A stretch of DNA of 63,993 nt, filler included, from Basidiobolus ranarum (taxonomy: Eukaryota), in NCBI GenBank assembly GCA_040143965.1. It is 10 parts of 10 records of this genome, joined end to end, with 100 filler letters (N's around TTAATTAATTAA, not from the genome) between each part and the next. Parts side by side here need not be neighbours in the genome. Positions count along the whole stretch, not along the records: positions 51,623 to 57,951 come from JASJQH010008217.1; positions 58,052 to 63,993 come from JASJQH010008333.1; 8 more parts are not named here. One strand, written 5' to 3'. Positions 52,315-63,993 of the stretch are shown one piece after another (within the stretch, counting starts at the first letter, position 1; each line of letters opens with the position of its first letter). The translations under genes and the position numbers were made by a program. The notes beneath the pieces are model-generated. The model saw only the letters and a list, made by a program, of their open reading frames with translations, did not search any database and was not told the DNA's origin.

Positions 52315-53360
52315 TTATACAAGAAGGACCGCGTTGATACACCCATCATTTTCGGGGTTATTGGTGATTTGTGCGTATTTACCCCATACGACCTTACCGC
52401 CAGTTGTTACGAGACCGAGCTCACTAACGTTGACTTCGATAACTGTACCCTTGGTAAGAACTCCTAATTGGGTAAAGAATGGACTTTGTGGGTTCTTCTT
52501 CACGCCGATTATAGGAAGATGGAATGTAGCGCCGAGCTCTGGATGAGTTACGTGAGCCTTCTTGTAACGAAGAGCCATAGGTCTAATGAAGCGTTCATAC
52601 TTCGGTGGCTTACGGGTGAAGCCATCACCAACGAAGGTTGCTTTTGTAACCATTCTCTTCCATTGTTTGCCCTTACTCTTACCAGTTTTAATAACTTTGA
52701 ACATCTCATCTTCTGCGATACCTCGTACTTTTGGCAAAGGTACATTCCATTTACCAGCCTTTTCTTTTCTCTTTTGCTTCACCATATTAGAGAGTACTTT
52801 AGCACGTTTCTCTCCATCACGATCCAAAAGATATGCGGGTACGGCTCCGGTAGGTACGGCATCATCACTCTTTTGTTTGGCAGATTTCTCCTCATGCTGT
52901 TTGATAGCTTTCTTCATTTGAATCTTCTCAGAGTGACGTTTCTTGTTGTACATCTTAGCCTTTAGACCATGGATTTTCTGAGCATAAGCAGCATTTTTGT
53001 GAACTTCACGAGCCTCCTTCTTACGTCTATACGTTGAATAAATGTTAAAAATCTGCTGAAATATGTGTACGTTTGATAGCGAAGAAACCAAGTGAATTAT
53101 TTCCAATTGATAAAAGTACTATACATACTTGCGCTCTTCATGATCCATACGACGACCATGTCGCTTGATAGACTCCTCAATATGTTCATTTTGAGGCTAT
53201 TTTCAAGAGGAAATGGTTAGACTTATGAGTTATTGTGAAAACTATGAGCTGAATGACGTCCGAAATGGTATACATTGAAACCAGATGTTTGTCATATGGT
53301 AACTCATTTCTAAATGAACTGAAAAACCAACAAATGTATATATGATGCAACTCGTACCAT
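52315..53360 (-). CDS. NSA2: Ribosome biogenesis protein Nsa2 (3 exons)
   Basis: ATG-only exon 53360-53358, then [32 protein letters not shown]...[21 protein letters not shown]. Confidence 0.97.
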
Positions 53361-54611
53361 ATTAAATTAAAGGGATGAACTTGCTGTGTGGAATGGAGAT
53401 GACTTCGGGATTGTTTCAGTGGAACCTTTTCTTCTCTAGTTGATTTCTATTCACCGAAAGGATAGTAGTGAAAGGGGAGACGGTTATTAGACTATAATGC
53501 AGAATAAATTTGGTGACCATATTGGATTATCAAAGAAAAAAAATGTTTTTGTCAAGATTATTAACCAATCACTCGAGAGACCGGTTTAGAAAGCATGTCC
53601 CCAATGCTAAAAAAAACCTATTTTATCCTTTCAGGTAGGAGAATTTTTTCTTTGGATAATTTTTCGAGATCCCCATTGAAAAGGGTTAGGATTCAAAGGA
53701 AATTCCAATCGTTCGCTTAATTCTCCATCCCATATACAGTGATTTCTGTTATAAAGTAGTTCATACGAGTCGGAGCAAACTGTTCATGCCCAGGGAAGGT
53801 AGAGGTCGGTAGTGAAGGAGTACTGAATCGGCCTATGCTGGAAACTGGCTATTAAAGCCCAATCAATTTTTGGAACCCTGTCAACCAGGGTTTATATCTC
53901 AACCTTTAATTGTCAGTATTGGTCGTAAATGTGAGGTCATCGATCTAGTAATCACTTTATAAGCTCATTTACGTAAGTATTGGAGAAGACGATGCATTGA
54001 TCTGGATTAGTGACAAGTAGTTTGATGGAGCTGTTGGATTTAGTTCGCTTCACACCATTAACTCTTTATAATAATTTCTTTATCACATATGGCATAACCC
54101 TAACCTTTTAATGTGATGAAAGATTGATTATTCAGAGCATGCAATCTGCCCTCTGCACCCTTACTCATAGAGTTTCGAATCTTGAGAGAAAATTCACAGC
54201 TCTCTAAAGATACACGGTTCTTTCATTATCCTTGATTTTCGATATATGTAGCAAGATTTGGTTTATATGGTTACTAACGACTCAAGAGAGGCAACATCTT
54301 GTAATTCAGGAGATGTCTTGCCTTGTACATCCATACTTCTCTATAAGGATTTGTACCATCAAGAGTATTCTTCATGGTTTCCATCTAACTTCTAATATTA
54401 TGTGATAAGCTTGTTTGCAGGTTGACAAAAAGCTTAAATAATAAAAATAGAAATATTCATTGAGGAGGTGGCTGCTGTAAAGTCATCTTTCAAAGTATGG
54501 CAAATATCAATTTAACATTGCTCAGAATTTCATATATTCTTGCAACATATGTTTATTTACTATATCTAAAGCAGTTATATCTGAAGTGCAAACTAATGAA
54601 ACACAAGATAT

Positions 54612-55240
54612 TGTTGAAGTGTTTTGGGAGTTTGTTGGAAGTGGTTTGGAGAACTAGAGATATTGGTGGTTTTTGTTGAAATTAGTATTGAATAAACACC
54701 TATATAGTCATATATAGCTTAGTATTTAGCTATCCTATATTGAACTAAGATATTACCCATTATTTGATATTGGAATTTACTTAGAAGTTTGAAGATATAT
54801 AGATTTTTCAAACCTGTGTTAGAAGCCCCAGACTTTGCACACATGCTTCTTTAGCACATTTTACATGTTAGTTTGTTTATATCTTAATAAAACTATAATT
54901 GTCAACTTTCGATTCAATAAATCCATAAGTGAAAACTGTTGAAGTGTTTGGGAGCCTGTTGGAAGTGGTTTGGGGAATTAGAGAAATTGGAGGTTTTCAC
55001 TTAGGGATTTATTGAGTTGAAAGTTGACAATTATAGTTTTATCAAGACGTAAACAAACTAACATGTAGAATGTGCTAAGGAAATTCCTAGGAACATGTGT
55101 GGGCCTCTAGGACAAGTTCTTAAAATGTTTTAAGTAAATTTCTCTTGAGAATAGCTCATGATATCTTAGTTCAATATGGATTAACTAAATACTAAGCTAT
55201 ATGTGACTATATAGATGTTTAGGCAATATTAATTTCAACA
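54612..55240. mobile_element. Composite of short LTR-like repeats: left part (54612-54673), inverted right part (54674-54936), full copy (54937-55240)
   Basis: TGTTGAA/TTCAACA termini; same family as 38759-39214 and 63800-63993; flanks GATAT / GGTAT. Confidence 0.85.
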
Positions 55241-56988
55241 GGTATAGTATGTATTGGATATGAAATAATTCTTTTGGATTGCATACTCAGTTGATTCTGC
55301 AAGATTTTTTGTATATCCAAAGTAGCCCAAATTCTATGGGATGTATCTGTTGCCATTCTGCTACTTATGACCAATTTACAATTACCTTGGTCGTCCCTAG
55401 ATACCTCGTATAAAGGTACATTTACGAGATCAATAAATGATAAGTCTTTGTTGTATATTGTATGTAAATTTAGTTAATGATCACTTCAGATTGATTATTG
55501 GGAATATGATCAAATTAATCCTTGATTGATCAGTGTATTCCATAACATTGAATCATATCTTTCGGTTCTAGGGGTGTGAGTTCAGATAAATAAATCCTAT
55601 CTCAAGTAGAGAAACCAATGAGTATAATTTCTTTGAATAACATATTATATTCTGCAGCCCGAAGCAGTCGGCAGTTACTCTTTTATTTAGTCTAAGTGCC
55701 TCCGAGGATATAATGACTAGTATAAACCGAATATATGCCACTCATGCCCACCAAGAACGATGCATGGATAGGTCATTGAAAACTCAAGGTAGTCACTCAC
55801 CTTTTAGTGTGAGATCAAGTTTTGGGTGAGAAATCGAACTACGAGATTTGGGGGTGTACAAGTTATACACTTGCCTATTACGAGCTAGATAGAAACCTAT
55901 ATTATTGATCGGTACGCTAAATATGAGCTAACCGTTCTGGTCCAACAGAATGATATTTTCACCAACCCAACTGCTGCACCATCCCCAGCAATATCCACAG
56001 ATGTTACAGAGACATAGGGTGATTCTGACCAAGTATATGGCAAATATCGACAGCAAAAAGAAGCACGATAAAGCCCCATCTCTATTTGGGGAACGGAATG
56101 GTTTCTTATCAAGATGATTCACAGATTAAGCAAGTACATACCAGTCGCAATACAACGATGACAACTCTTCATTGATGAATGATGAAAGAATGGAATCCAA
56201 CCACTTTCCAAAGTGTATCAAGATCAGCACCGGCCCCTGATAATAATACCTCAAAAGTTCACCAGACTTGATCACCCAAGCCCAATCATATTTGATGTGT
56301 AATAATAGGTCATAATGGAAGTTCTCGATTAGCTACAAATTACATGTAGTAGGAAGTCTAAATTCCACTCTTTATCTAGAAGGTGGCTTCCGAAAAGAGA
56401 AAGTCTGTTCCAATACGAGAGAACTGTTATCACTATCGTTATCTCGTCAAGTAAATAATTGCATAATAGCCTATAATAAGGGTCTAAAAATAGAACTTCC
56501 CGAGGATATTTTTAGATCTCTTCCACGTGACTGTAGGTCAGGCTATAGAACTAAGATTCAGGTAATTTATTTCAGTCGATATTTTATAATTTCATCGATG
56601 AGGGCCAATTGGAGCGGAGCGGAAGTGATAAACATATTAATAGAGTTCTGGGTTGTCAGCTTTAACGAGAGAATTACTCCATGGAAATAGATTGATGGGC
56701 GGTTTAGCAGAGCATCAAGTATAGATATAATAAAAAAGGATGTGATCATTTAGAGAGGGGATATAACGTGATATGTATATGTACAGTATAAGTTCGTAGG
56801 TGATTTGTTCGAAGACCCACCAAGAAGACATACATTCTAACCAGCCATGATTAGGACATTGTGAAGTTGCGTTGATAGAAGGCTAATATCAATGGAAGTG
56901 GCACATATTCGTATTTCTTTCTAATTCCCATTTAGAGAAAACAGGACGTGGAACAGTTCTTGATGCTGATTGGCTATTTTCAATTTGG

Positions 56989-57489
56989 CTAGACCGTCAA
57001 CTCCATTTGTTGATGCTGTTTGATAAGTTCCTGGTATTTTTGAGCAAGAGAGAGGTGATAAACGACCTCTTGACGTTTCAGCAAACGTCCATCCCGGTAA
57101 ACGCGGATTTCAACACGGTTCTTCTTGATGTTTTGAGAAAACACTACCTGGAAACCATTCTTTAAGCGAATGACGTTCTCTTCGGACGATGAGGAGGCTA
57201 AGGATTCGGAGGAGGATGCAATGGAGGAGCGTTTAGAGAGACTACGAAGTGAGACGGTATCGGGCAAATTAGGTAAGTCAACGGTAGAGGTGTAACAACT
57301 TTCTCTCCAGGCCTTTCTATTATATGCTTCCTTCATTGGATCTGAAGGGTAGCGAGAGTCCACCAGCCCTAGGAGGGTCGTTGGATCCATCCCACCGACC
57401 ATTGTATCGATGTTGTCACGAAGACCATCAGTGTTAACTTGATGCTTTTTTGAGTTCTTCGAGGATTTTTGTTTTAAGAATTTGAACAT
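56989..57489 (-). CDS. Uncharacterised 166-aa protein, intronless
   Basis: Clean ORF from ATG 57489, higher GC than flanks, Ser-rich middle; no family recognised. Confidence 0.6.
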   Translation of the reverse strand: MFKFLKQKSSKNSKKHQVNTDGLRDNIDTMVGGMDPTTLLGLVDSRYPSDPMKEAYNRKAWRESCYTSTVDLPNLPDTVSLRSLSKRSSIASSSESLASSSSEENVIRLKNGFQVVFSQNIKKNRVEIRVYRDGRLLKRQEVVYHLSLAQKYQELIKQHQQMELTV

Positions 57490-57951
57490 TTTAAAAGTGT
57501 GTGAAGGAAACAAGGGGAGCTATTAATAGTAGGGCGGAGTGTCTATTAGACCAGTATAAGGAGCCAGAGAGTACTCAAACTAGGATGGTTGAGAGAGTGA
57601 ATGAGTTGATTGACATTTCATAGGGAAAGTGGTGACTTATATACTCCACAGCACACGCAGCACATGAGGTGCGCTATTTTGGTTGTATTTGTGAACGATC
57701 TTTCCGATAAACAAAAATACTCATTAGAGATTTTCGCGATTGTCAAAAAATCGGAATATAGAACCAAGTAGAACTCTGAACGGATTGGGCCCCAGTGAGC
57801 AAAAGAGGATGTGATGTGCACCCATGTTTCCTTAAATCGGATTAGCATTAAGTCAAATGGGCCGGAATCCGAATCCCCCCTATTTAATTATTTGGAAAGA
57901 TGCGGAATCTCCTGAGATACAACAAACCCATCAAGAATCAGCCATGAATGC

Positions 57952-58051
57952 NNNNNNNNNNNNNNNNNNNNNNNNNNNNNNNNNNNNNNNNNNNNTTAAT
58001 TAATTAANNNNNNNNNNNNNNNNNNNNNNNNNNNNNNNNNNNNNNNNNNNN
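57952..58051. other. Artificial contig linker
   Basis: N44-TTAATTAATTAA-N44. Confidence 0.99.
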
Positions 58052-58164
58052 ACATCCACCTGCTTCTGATTTGTATAAGCCGCGCTATAAATCGTACCAT
58101 CGTTTGATTGTATTAATCTTGTATACAATAAAGACTTATCGTCCAAATCCACAATCGGTACCAG

Positions 58165-59259
58165 CATAAATACACCGTTTCTGAAGAATTGAAAAATGGT
58201 GATGGTAAGCTTTTGTTTGATTTCTTTGCCACCTGCATAGAAGATTTTATCACCGTACATCCCGGGGCGGAATCACTCCGTCAAGCTTCGGTTATTCCTC
58301 TTGGTTTCACCTTTTCTTTCCCCATCGTTCAAACTGCTATAAATCGGGGTAAGCTCTTGCAATGGACCAAGAGTTTCGCAGCCACCAATGTAATTGGTCA
58401 CGATGTGGCCCAGCTACTTCAAGATGCTTTAAACCGTAAACATTTGAGTAAGATCAAGGTTGCTGCATTGGTGAATGACACAGTGGGAACACTTCTTGCG
58501 GCCGGTTACGCAGAGCCATCCACCACCATTGGAGTTATCTTTGGAACTGGTACGAATGCGGCATACCTCGAACGCATCGATGCCATTCCCAAGTGGACTG
58601 GGCCAAATGATGAGGCTGAGATGGTTGTCAACATGGAGTGGGGAGCTTTCGGTAATGATAAGAAGGTGCTTCCAGTCACCAAGTATGACAATCGCCTTGA
58701 CAACTCGTCACCAGTGCCATTCCATCAAGTATTTGAGAAAATGATTTCTGGATTGTATCTTGGTGAGATTGCTCGCAACGTTTTGATTGACTTGATTGAT
58801 CGTAATGTTATCTTTGGATCTCATTGTTCAAGTGAGATGAATGAACCATTCAACTTTGATACGGCATATATCTCTTCAATCATCTCCGATGAAAGTGCTG
58901 ACCTTGGGGAGATCAAGTTGATTTTAGAGAATACTATGGGAATTCCAGAGACATCTGTAAGTGATCGTCTCCTTGTCAAGTCAGCTGTTCAGTTGGTAGC
59001 CTCGCGTGCGGCTCAATTGAGTGGAGCCGCTCTAGCAGCAGTACTTCTGAAGCGCAAAGATCTCCTAGGAAAGAAAATAACAGTTGGCATTGATGGTACA
59101 GTGTTTCAATTTCTACCTGGGTTCAAGGAGACAGTGGAGAAGGTGTTGGAGCAACTTCTTAATCCTGAAGATGTAAAGAAGGTTCAACTGGTATTGGCAA
59201 AGGATGGCAGTGGAGTTGGCGCTGCTTTAACTGCTATGATGGCATCTAAACTTGCTTAA
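58165..59259 (+). CDS. Hexokinase/glucokinase (5'-truncated)
   Basis: LGFTFSFP, WTKSF, VNDTVGTL, GVIFGTGTNAAY, NMEWGAFG, FEKMISGLYLGEI, DGSGVGAAL. Confidence 0.95.
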   Translation, partial: HKYTVSEELKNGDGKLLFDFFATCIEDFITVHPGAESLRQASVIPLGFTFSFPIVQTAINRGKLLQWTKSFAATNVIGHDVAQLLQDALNRKHLSKIKVAALVNDTVGTLLAAGYAEPSTTIGVIFGTGTNAAYLERIDAIPKWTGPNDEAEMVVNMEWGAFGNDKKVLPVTKYDNRLDNSSPVPFHQVFEKMISGLYLGEIARNVLIDLIDRNVIFGSHCSSEMNEPFNFDTAYISSIISDESADLGEIKLILENTMGIPETSVSDRLLVKSAVQLVASRAAQLSGAALAAVLLKRKDLLGKKITVGIDGTVFQFLPGFKETVEKVLEQLLNPEDVKKVQLVLAKDGSGVGAALTAMMASKLA

Positions 59260-61923
59260 GTTAATTTCATTTGATCGTAGGATCATAACGTATATTCGTA
59301 AATGTAAAAAATTCCCATTTACTTTCATATGTAAAATACTGCAAGAAAATAAACAAAATATTTTATCAACGACATATGCACTTGGCTTGAATTCCCTTTC
59401 GTTGACGAACTATCGCAACTAAGCAGTCTTGAAGATTTTTGCCACATTGACCGAATAGCCATCAACAATGGAGTAATCAACTATTAAAGTTTGAATTAAT
59501 AAGCACGAAACAGGTGATTCAGATAATTAATTGGTTTTTTTTTTGGCAATGCAATGCCTTTAACCCACACTGAACCTAATATACTGTTGATTACTATTAC
59601 CGTCATAATTGCCTGGTAGAATGAACGATTGAAAGGCCGAGTTTGCTCTTTTCCCAATTCGGAATTTCCAAAACATTTCAATTTTATCTGAGCACAAGTC
59701 CATGATCTTTCTAACTTAGTAATTGTCCCGATTTGGCGGCAAATACGAAACAATTTCCTTATTACATTCTTCCAAGATAACCTGAGTTAGGGAGTAATGA
59801 CAAATTGATGGATTTCAATCCACATATGTATTGAGTTTTGCCTATATGAATGCTATCGAAATCAACAAATTATTTATAGATTGTATAATTTTAGTCATTA
59901 TTTCAGCAAATAGTTCAGAGTTGAAATCGCAGCAAATATCCTCGAAATGTTCAAAGAACTCCTAAACTTTACAAGAAAACAGTATAGAATCTATCTTTCT
60001 CATCATTTCTAAATTTACAAAAAAATGTATATGTACAGCTTCTAGATAACCAGAACACTTAATTTCTGATGATAAATATTTCACTACTTTTGTACTAAGA
60101 TCTTGATTACTTAGCGTACTAGTGCTCAATACTGGATAGCTTGCAGGGTGGCTTTAACATAACTGCAGAGTGTCTGTTAGAGTCAAAATAGGTTCTAATA
60201 GAAGTTCTAGTAGCATAACTCTGTCATTGGCTCTCTATTTATTGTTTTACTGAAACACTTGTAAATAATGCATCAGTGCATCTGTTGCACGTTCTGGACT
60301 AAATAGATAAATAAAGTGCGCCTACTCTTATTAAGCTAGTTTTCGCTTTAGTACCATTTGTCCTAGAGCTAAGTAGTCGTCATACTATCATAAGGCAGTG
60401 CACTTGAAATTATCGTTAGATTTCATCACCGTTGGAGTTACCTAGACGATTATTTTTTCATTCGAATTGATGTTCCAAGTTCACACGAGCTTAGTCTAAA
60501 AGTGCAAGATGATCTTGAAAAATATTTGGACAAAGATATTCAACCATAAATTCAATGTCAGTAAATGTTCCGTTTTGTGGTAATTATTGACGTTCGACCT
60601 ACTATAATCAAAATGGCTCATCTACCCCTGAATCCTTCTGCTATATATGTAGTACACCATGGATTTTCTTACTAAAAAAGTTAAACACCAGCATGGTTGT
60701 ATTGGGTTAAAATGAATGTCTCACCTCCATGTTCCTTGAAGCTTTGGAGCAAGTTAGAAATCTCTGAACTTCCGTCATAATTTCTTCTGGATCCAATGGA
60801 AGCTGGGATATAGCACTTGGTCTCAAGCTTACATGCTGTCCGGGTCCCTGGCTAGCGAACTGTTCATTTCAAAATATAATACATACCACATCCCGCACCA
60901 GTGCCAATAGAATTGAAGAACAAGTATTCAATCTGCATTCTCTATCTTGGAAAAACATATATTCATGCGGCCAAGTTTTCTATAGGCTATGTAGATAGAG
61001 CTAAAAGTACTGCAAATAGAAGATAGGAGTCAGTTGTGAGGTTGAAATAGATTATCTTACGAACTCCTATATTTCTTGAGAACCTGCATCCAATTTGTCA
61101 AAATCTGGGTAATGTCGATAGCAAATAGTAAGCGGCGGAGTTAACTTCTGGACTATTTATACTAGTACTCTTATCGTATATGTAACAAGTAGTATCTAGG
61201 TTATTTTCAAGTATTCTATACTATAGTGACCCCTAATGTCGTTTGGTATTCTGGTCTATCAACAGCCATAGTGTTCATTCGAATACGGCATAGGAATATT
61301 ATCTCAAGATCAGAATGAAAAGCACAATCATAATGCACCATGCATTGCGATCATGTAGGCTATATGAGACAGTACTTGCCCAGAGAATAGTATTCCTGTG
61401 TTTAAGTAACTGGAAGATCAATCCGAAATGATATGTGAAATGACGTAAATAAGATTCATCAAAGAAAGATCAGGAGCCTGCTTATGTCATAGAAACACGA
61501 AAAAAGGAAAGAAACTAGAAAGTCTAAATTATGAACCAAATGGTAACTTGGCCAAGTTCAATTTTCCACCTACGGTCATTGAGACTTGTACTAATAATTT
61601 GATTCCTACCAGAAGATGCTCCCCTTAATGCAGCATGACACTTCCCAATACATCTCTATGAACGCTTGTGACTGGCTATATAACAGTATCTATTAGTTGG
61701 ATAGATCCTTCCAAGCATATGTACACTAGTCTTGCCTAATACGCGATGATACTGTGGAGAGTTGTGATACTAAATATATAGAGAATACTATTAGCAATTG
61801 GTATCCCCTAATCACAAACAATAACTATGAAACTCAAGTTTGGCAAGTATACCAACACGCATATATAAATGTACCTCACTTGTTCAACCTAAAGTATCTT
61901 ATTCTGGTCCTTCACCCTCTACA

Positions 61924-63400
61924 ATGCTTAATAAGAAAGTGCAAGGTAATCCAGATATAGCTGTTCGTGATTCTAAGGACCTCGTTTTTACTCCATACAT
62001 ATGGTTGTGTGGCTCGACGGCTGCACTAGCTTCATTTACCGCTGGCTATAATAGTGCCGCTCCAAACACCCCAGAGTCTACAATTAGGAATTGTCAGTCG
62101 GAATATGATGGTAGTGGGTTTCCTCAATGTATATCCATGAGTTCCGGAACTTGGTAAAGTGCTATGACTAGATGATTCGTAGTAGTATTGTCATCTTTAC
62201 ACAATTTAATCCTGTAGGGGACTGGCTGTAGGTATTCTTGCAATAGGGGGCCTGATTGGCGGGCTTTGCGCTGGTCCGGCCGCTGACAAGTTGGGTCGTA
62301 GGTTAACCTTGCTTTTGAATAACTTCTTTTTCATCGCTGGTGCTATATTGGTGGCCACTGCTACTACAACTATTCAATTCGTCATAGGCCGTGTCGTCAT
62401 CGGTGTTGGTTGTGGAGCTGGTTCAGTGGTGGCACCCATGTACGTTGCTGAGATTGCCACTGATGGTGCTCGCGGGGTGCTAGGGACAATGTATCAGTTG
62501 TTTATGGTGATGGGTCAATTGGCTGCTGATTGTATTGGTCTTGGATTGTCCAACATTCCTGGTTGGAGATACCTTTTTGGCATTGCTATCATGCCACCAG
62601 TTTTACAGGTTGTCCTACTGTCTTTTTGTACGGAAACACCAAGTTATTATCTTTCTAAAAACAAAACTGAAAAAGCCAGGATGGCATTACAAAAATTGCG
62701 AAAAGGTTGCCTTATTGATACCGAATTTAATCAACTCTATGCTGCCGCTCACAATGAAACTCCAAACTCAAATGAAAATCTCAACATTATTCAGGTGATT
62801 AAGGACTCGCATCTTCGTGGACTCTTTCTTGTTGCCTTAATAATGCACGCTTACCAACAGCTATCTGGAATTAATAGCGTAGTGTATTACTCTACATCTA
62901 TTTTCAACGACATCTTTGGAGTAGACAACTCGCAATACGTCACCGTTGGGGTTGCTGGTCTCAATCTCATCATGACTTTAATATCGGTTGCACTCATTGA
63001 TCGTGCTGGTAGAAAACCGTTATTGTATAGCAGCGGCATTGGCATGTGCATTTCCTCAGTTTTAATTGTAATTGCTTCGGGGCTCCATATAGATATTCTG
63101 ATGGTTATAGCTGTCATGTTGTTTGTAGCCTCTTTTGCAGTTGGTCTTGGGCCCATTCCTTGGATGCTGGTACCGGAATTGGTCCCTACCTTTGCAATTG
63201 CAGCTACCAGCTCTACTGCCACAGCCGTCAATTGGCTGTTCAACTTTGTGATTGGCCAAGTCTTCCCGCCTATGAAGGATGGCTTAAAAGGCTATACTTT
63301 TCTGCCATTTGCCATTATTTGCGTATTTGGCACACTCTTTACGTATTTTTTTGTTCCTGAAACTAAAGGGCGCAGGATTGCCGACATCAAAGAGCGTTAG
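61924..63400 (+). CDS. MFS sugar porter, GLUT/SLC2A class I-like (2 exons)
   Basis: Exon 1 61924-62153, intron 62154-62217; DKLGRR, PMYVAEIA, RGVLGT, GWR, ETP, QQLSGINSVVYYS, DRAGRKPL, GLGPIPW, PETKG. Confidence 0.92.
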
Positions 63401-63799
63401 ACACGCATAGTTCTTCCTTATAGCGATCGCCCTGCATTTACCAAGTATATGCAACTTCCAGTCATTCGTAAAAATCGTTATCATGCTTATAATTGAGTAT
63501 CTGTATCACAGTAATTTTGTAGTAAGCGCCATTCTCATGGATTAATCAATCAACTAGATATGACATGATATGAAATAAATTCATTGATTTACAAATTCAG
63601 GTAGATTGGTTGGCCATCAGCTATCTTTTGTTGTTGAACTGTTATGAAAGAGTGAGGTTATGGTCGATCAATATCGATTGCGAGATGTAGCATGTAAATA
63701 TGTACTCATACAATTATTACAATAAACATATACTCCAACTTACATACATATCAGCAAACTTCCAGACATTCCTTACAATAGATCATGTATTTCTCCATC

Positions 63800-63993
63800 A
63801 TGTTTGAAATTGGAATTTACTTAGAGTATTTTTACCAATATAGAAGCTCTCAGATTTATAGATTTTCAAACTTGTGCTAGAAGCCCTAAACCATGCACAC
63901 AAACTCCTGAGATATTCCTTAATATATTCTACATGCTTTGTAGCTTACATCTTGACAAAACGGTAAATGTTAACCTTCTACTCAAGAAATCAA
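63800..63993 (-). repeat. Another copy of the short LTR-like family, reverse orientation, running off the window
   Basis: ggaatttactt...gctctcagat.tatagattttcaaacttgtgctagaag matches 38787-38860 and 54772-54830. Confidence 0.75.

Noticed and set aside
45679..53360. ATG-only first coding exons in RLC and NSA2 (and probably UPRT)
   Set aside because: Start-codon introns are common in intron-rich eukaryotes
53834..53866. TATGCTGGAAAC resembling a group I P element
   Set aside because: No Q, R or S elements follow
55897..56200. Short overlapping minus-strand ORFs, possible membrane-enzyme pseudogene
   Set aside because: No motif recognisable with confidence

Overview
Intron-containing eukaryotic nuclear DNA, most consistent with an early-diverging fungus. 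This is inferred from short GT-AG introns, fungal housekeeping genes and several animal-like retained features. The window is not one locus: it is 10 unrelated ~6.3 kb contigs in descending size order, joined by nine artificial 100-nt linkers (44 N + TTAATTAATTAA + 44 N), so adjacency across linkers means nothing. Recognisable genes: aminoacylase-1-like M20 peptidase, UBE2J1/Ubc6-type E2, ATP16, tandem-PH protein, CutA/Cid13-like nucleotidyltransferase, perilipin-like protein, UPRT, DUF202 protein, HSP90 (partial), P5-type ATPase (partial), NRAMP, thioredoxin, PNS1 (partial), VMA16, myosin regulatory light chain (partial), casein kinase I, TMEM42-like, pyridoxal kinase (partial), NSA2, hexokinase (partial) and a GLUT-like sugar porter. 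Mobile DNA: a decayed CACTA transposase, a dead Copia element abutting an inverted copy of its own family, a short TGTTGAA...TTCAACA LTR-like family, a small MITE and LINE-like RT remnants. Most notable observations: (1) a P5 ATPase with a signal peptide and Cys-rich exoplasmic domain fused to its N-terminus; (2) LTR-like composites with the geometry of integrase autointegration inversions; (3) a mitochondrial-type group I intron core at a nuclear contig end; (4) near-total CpG loss restricted to the transposon contig; (5) an in-frame TGA in the CutA-like gene. All calls were made by eye; no database search was run.
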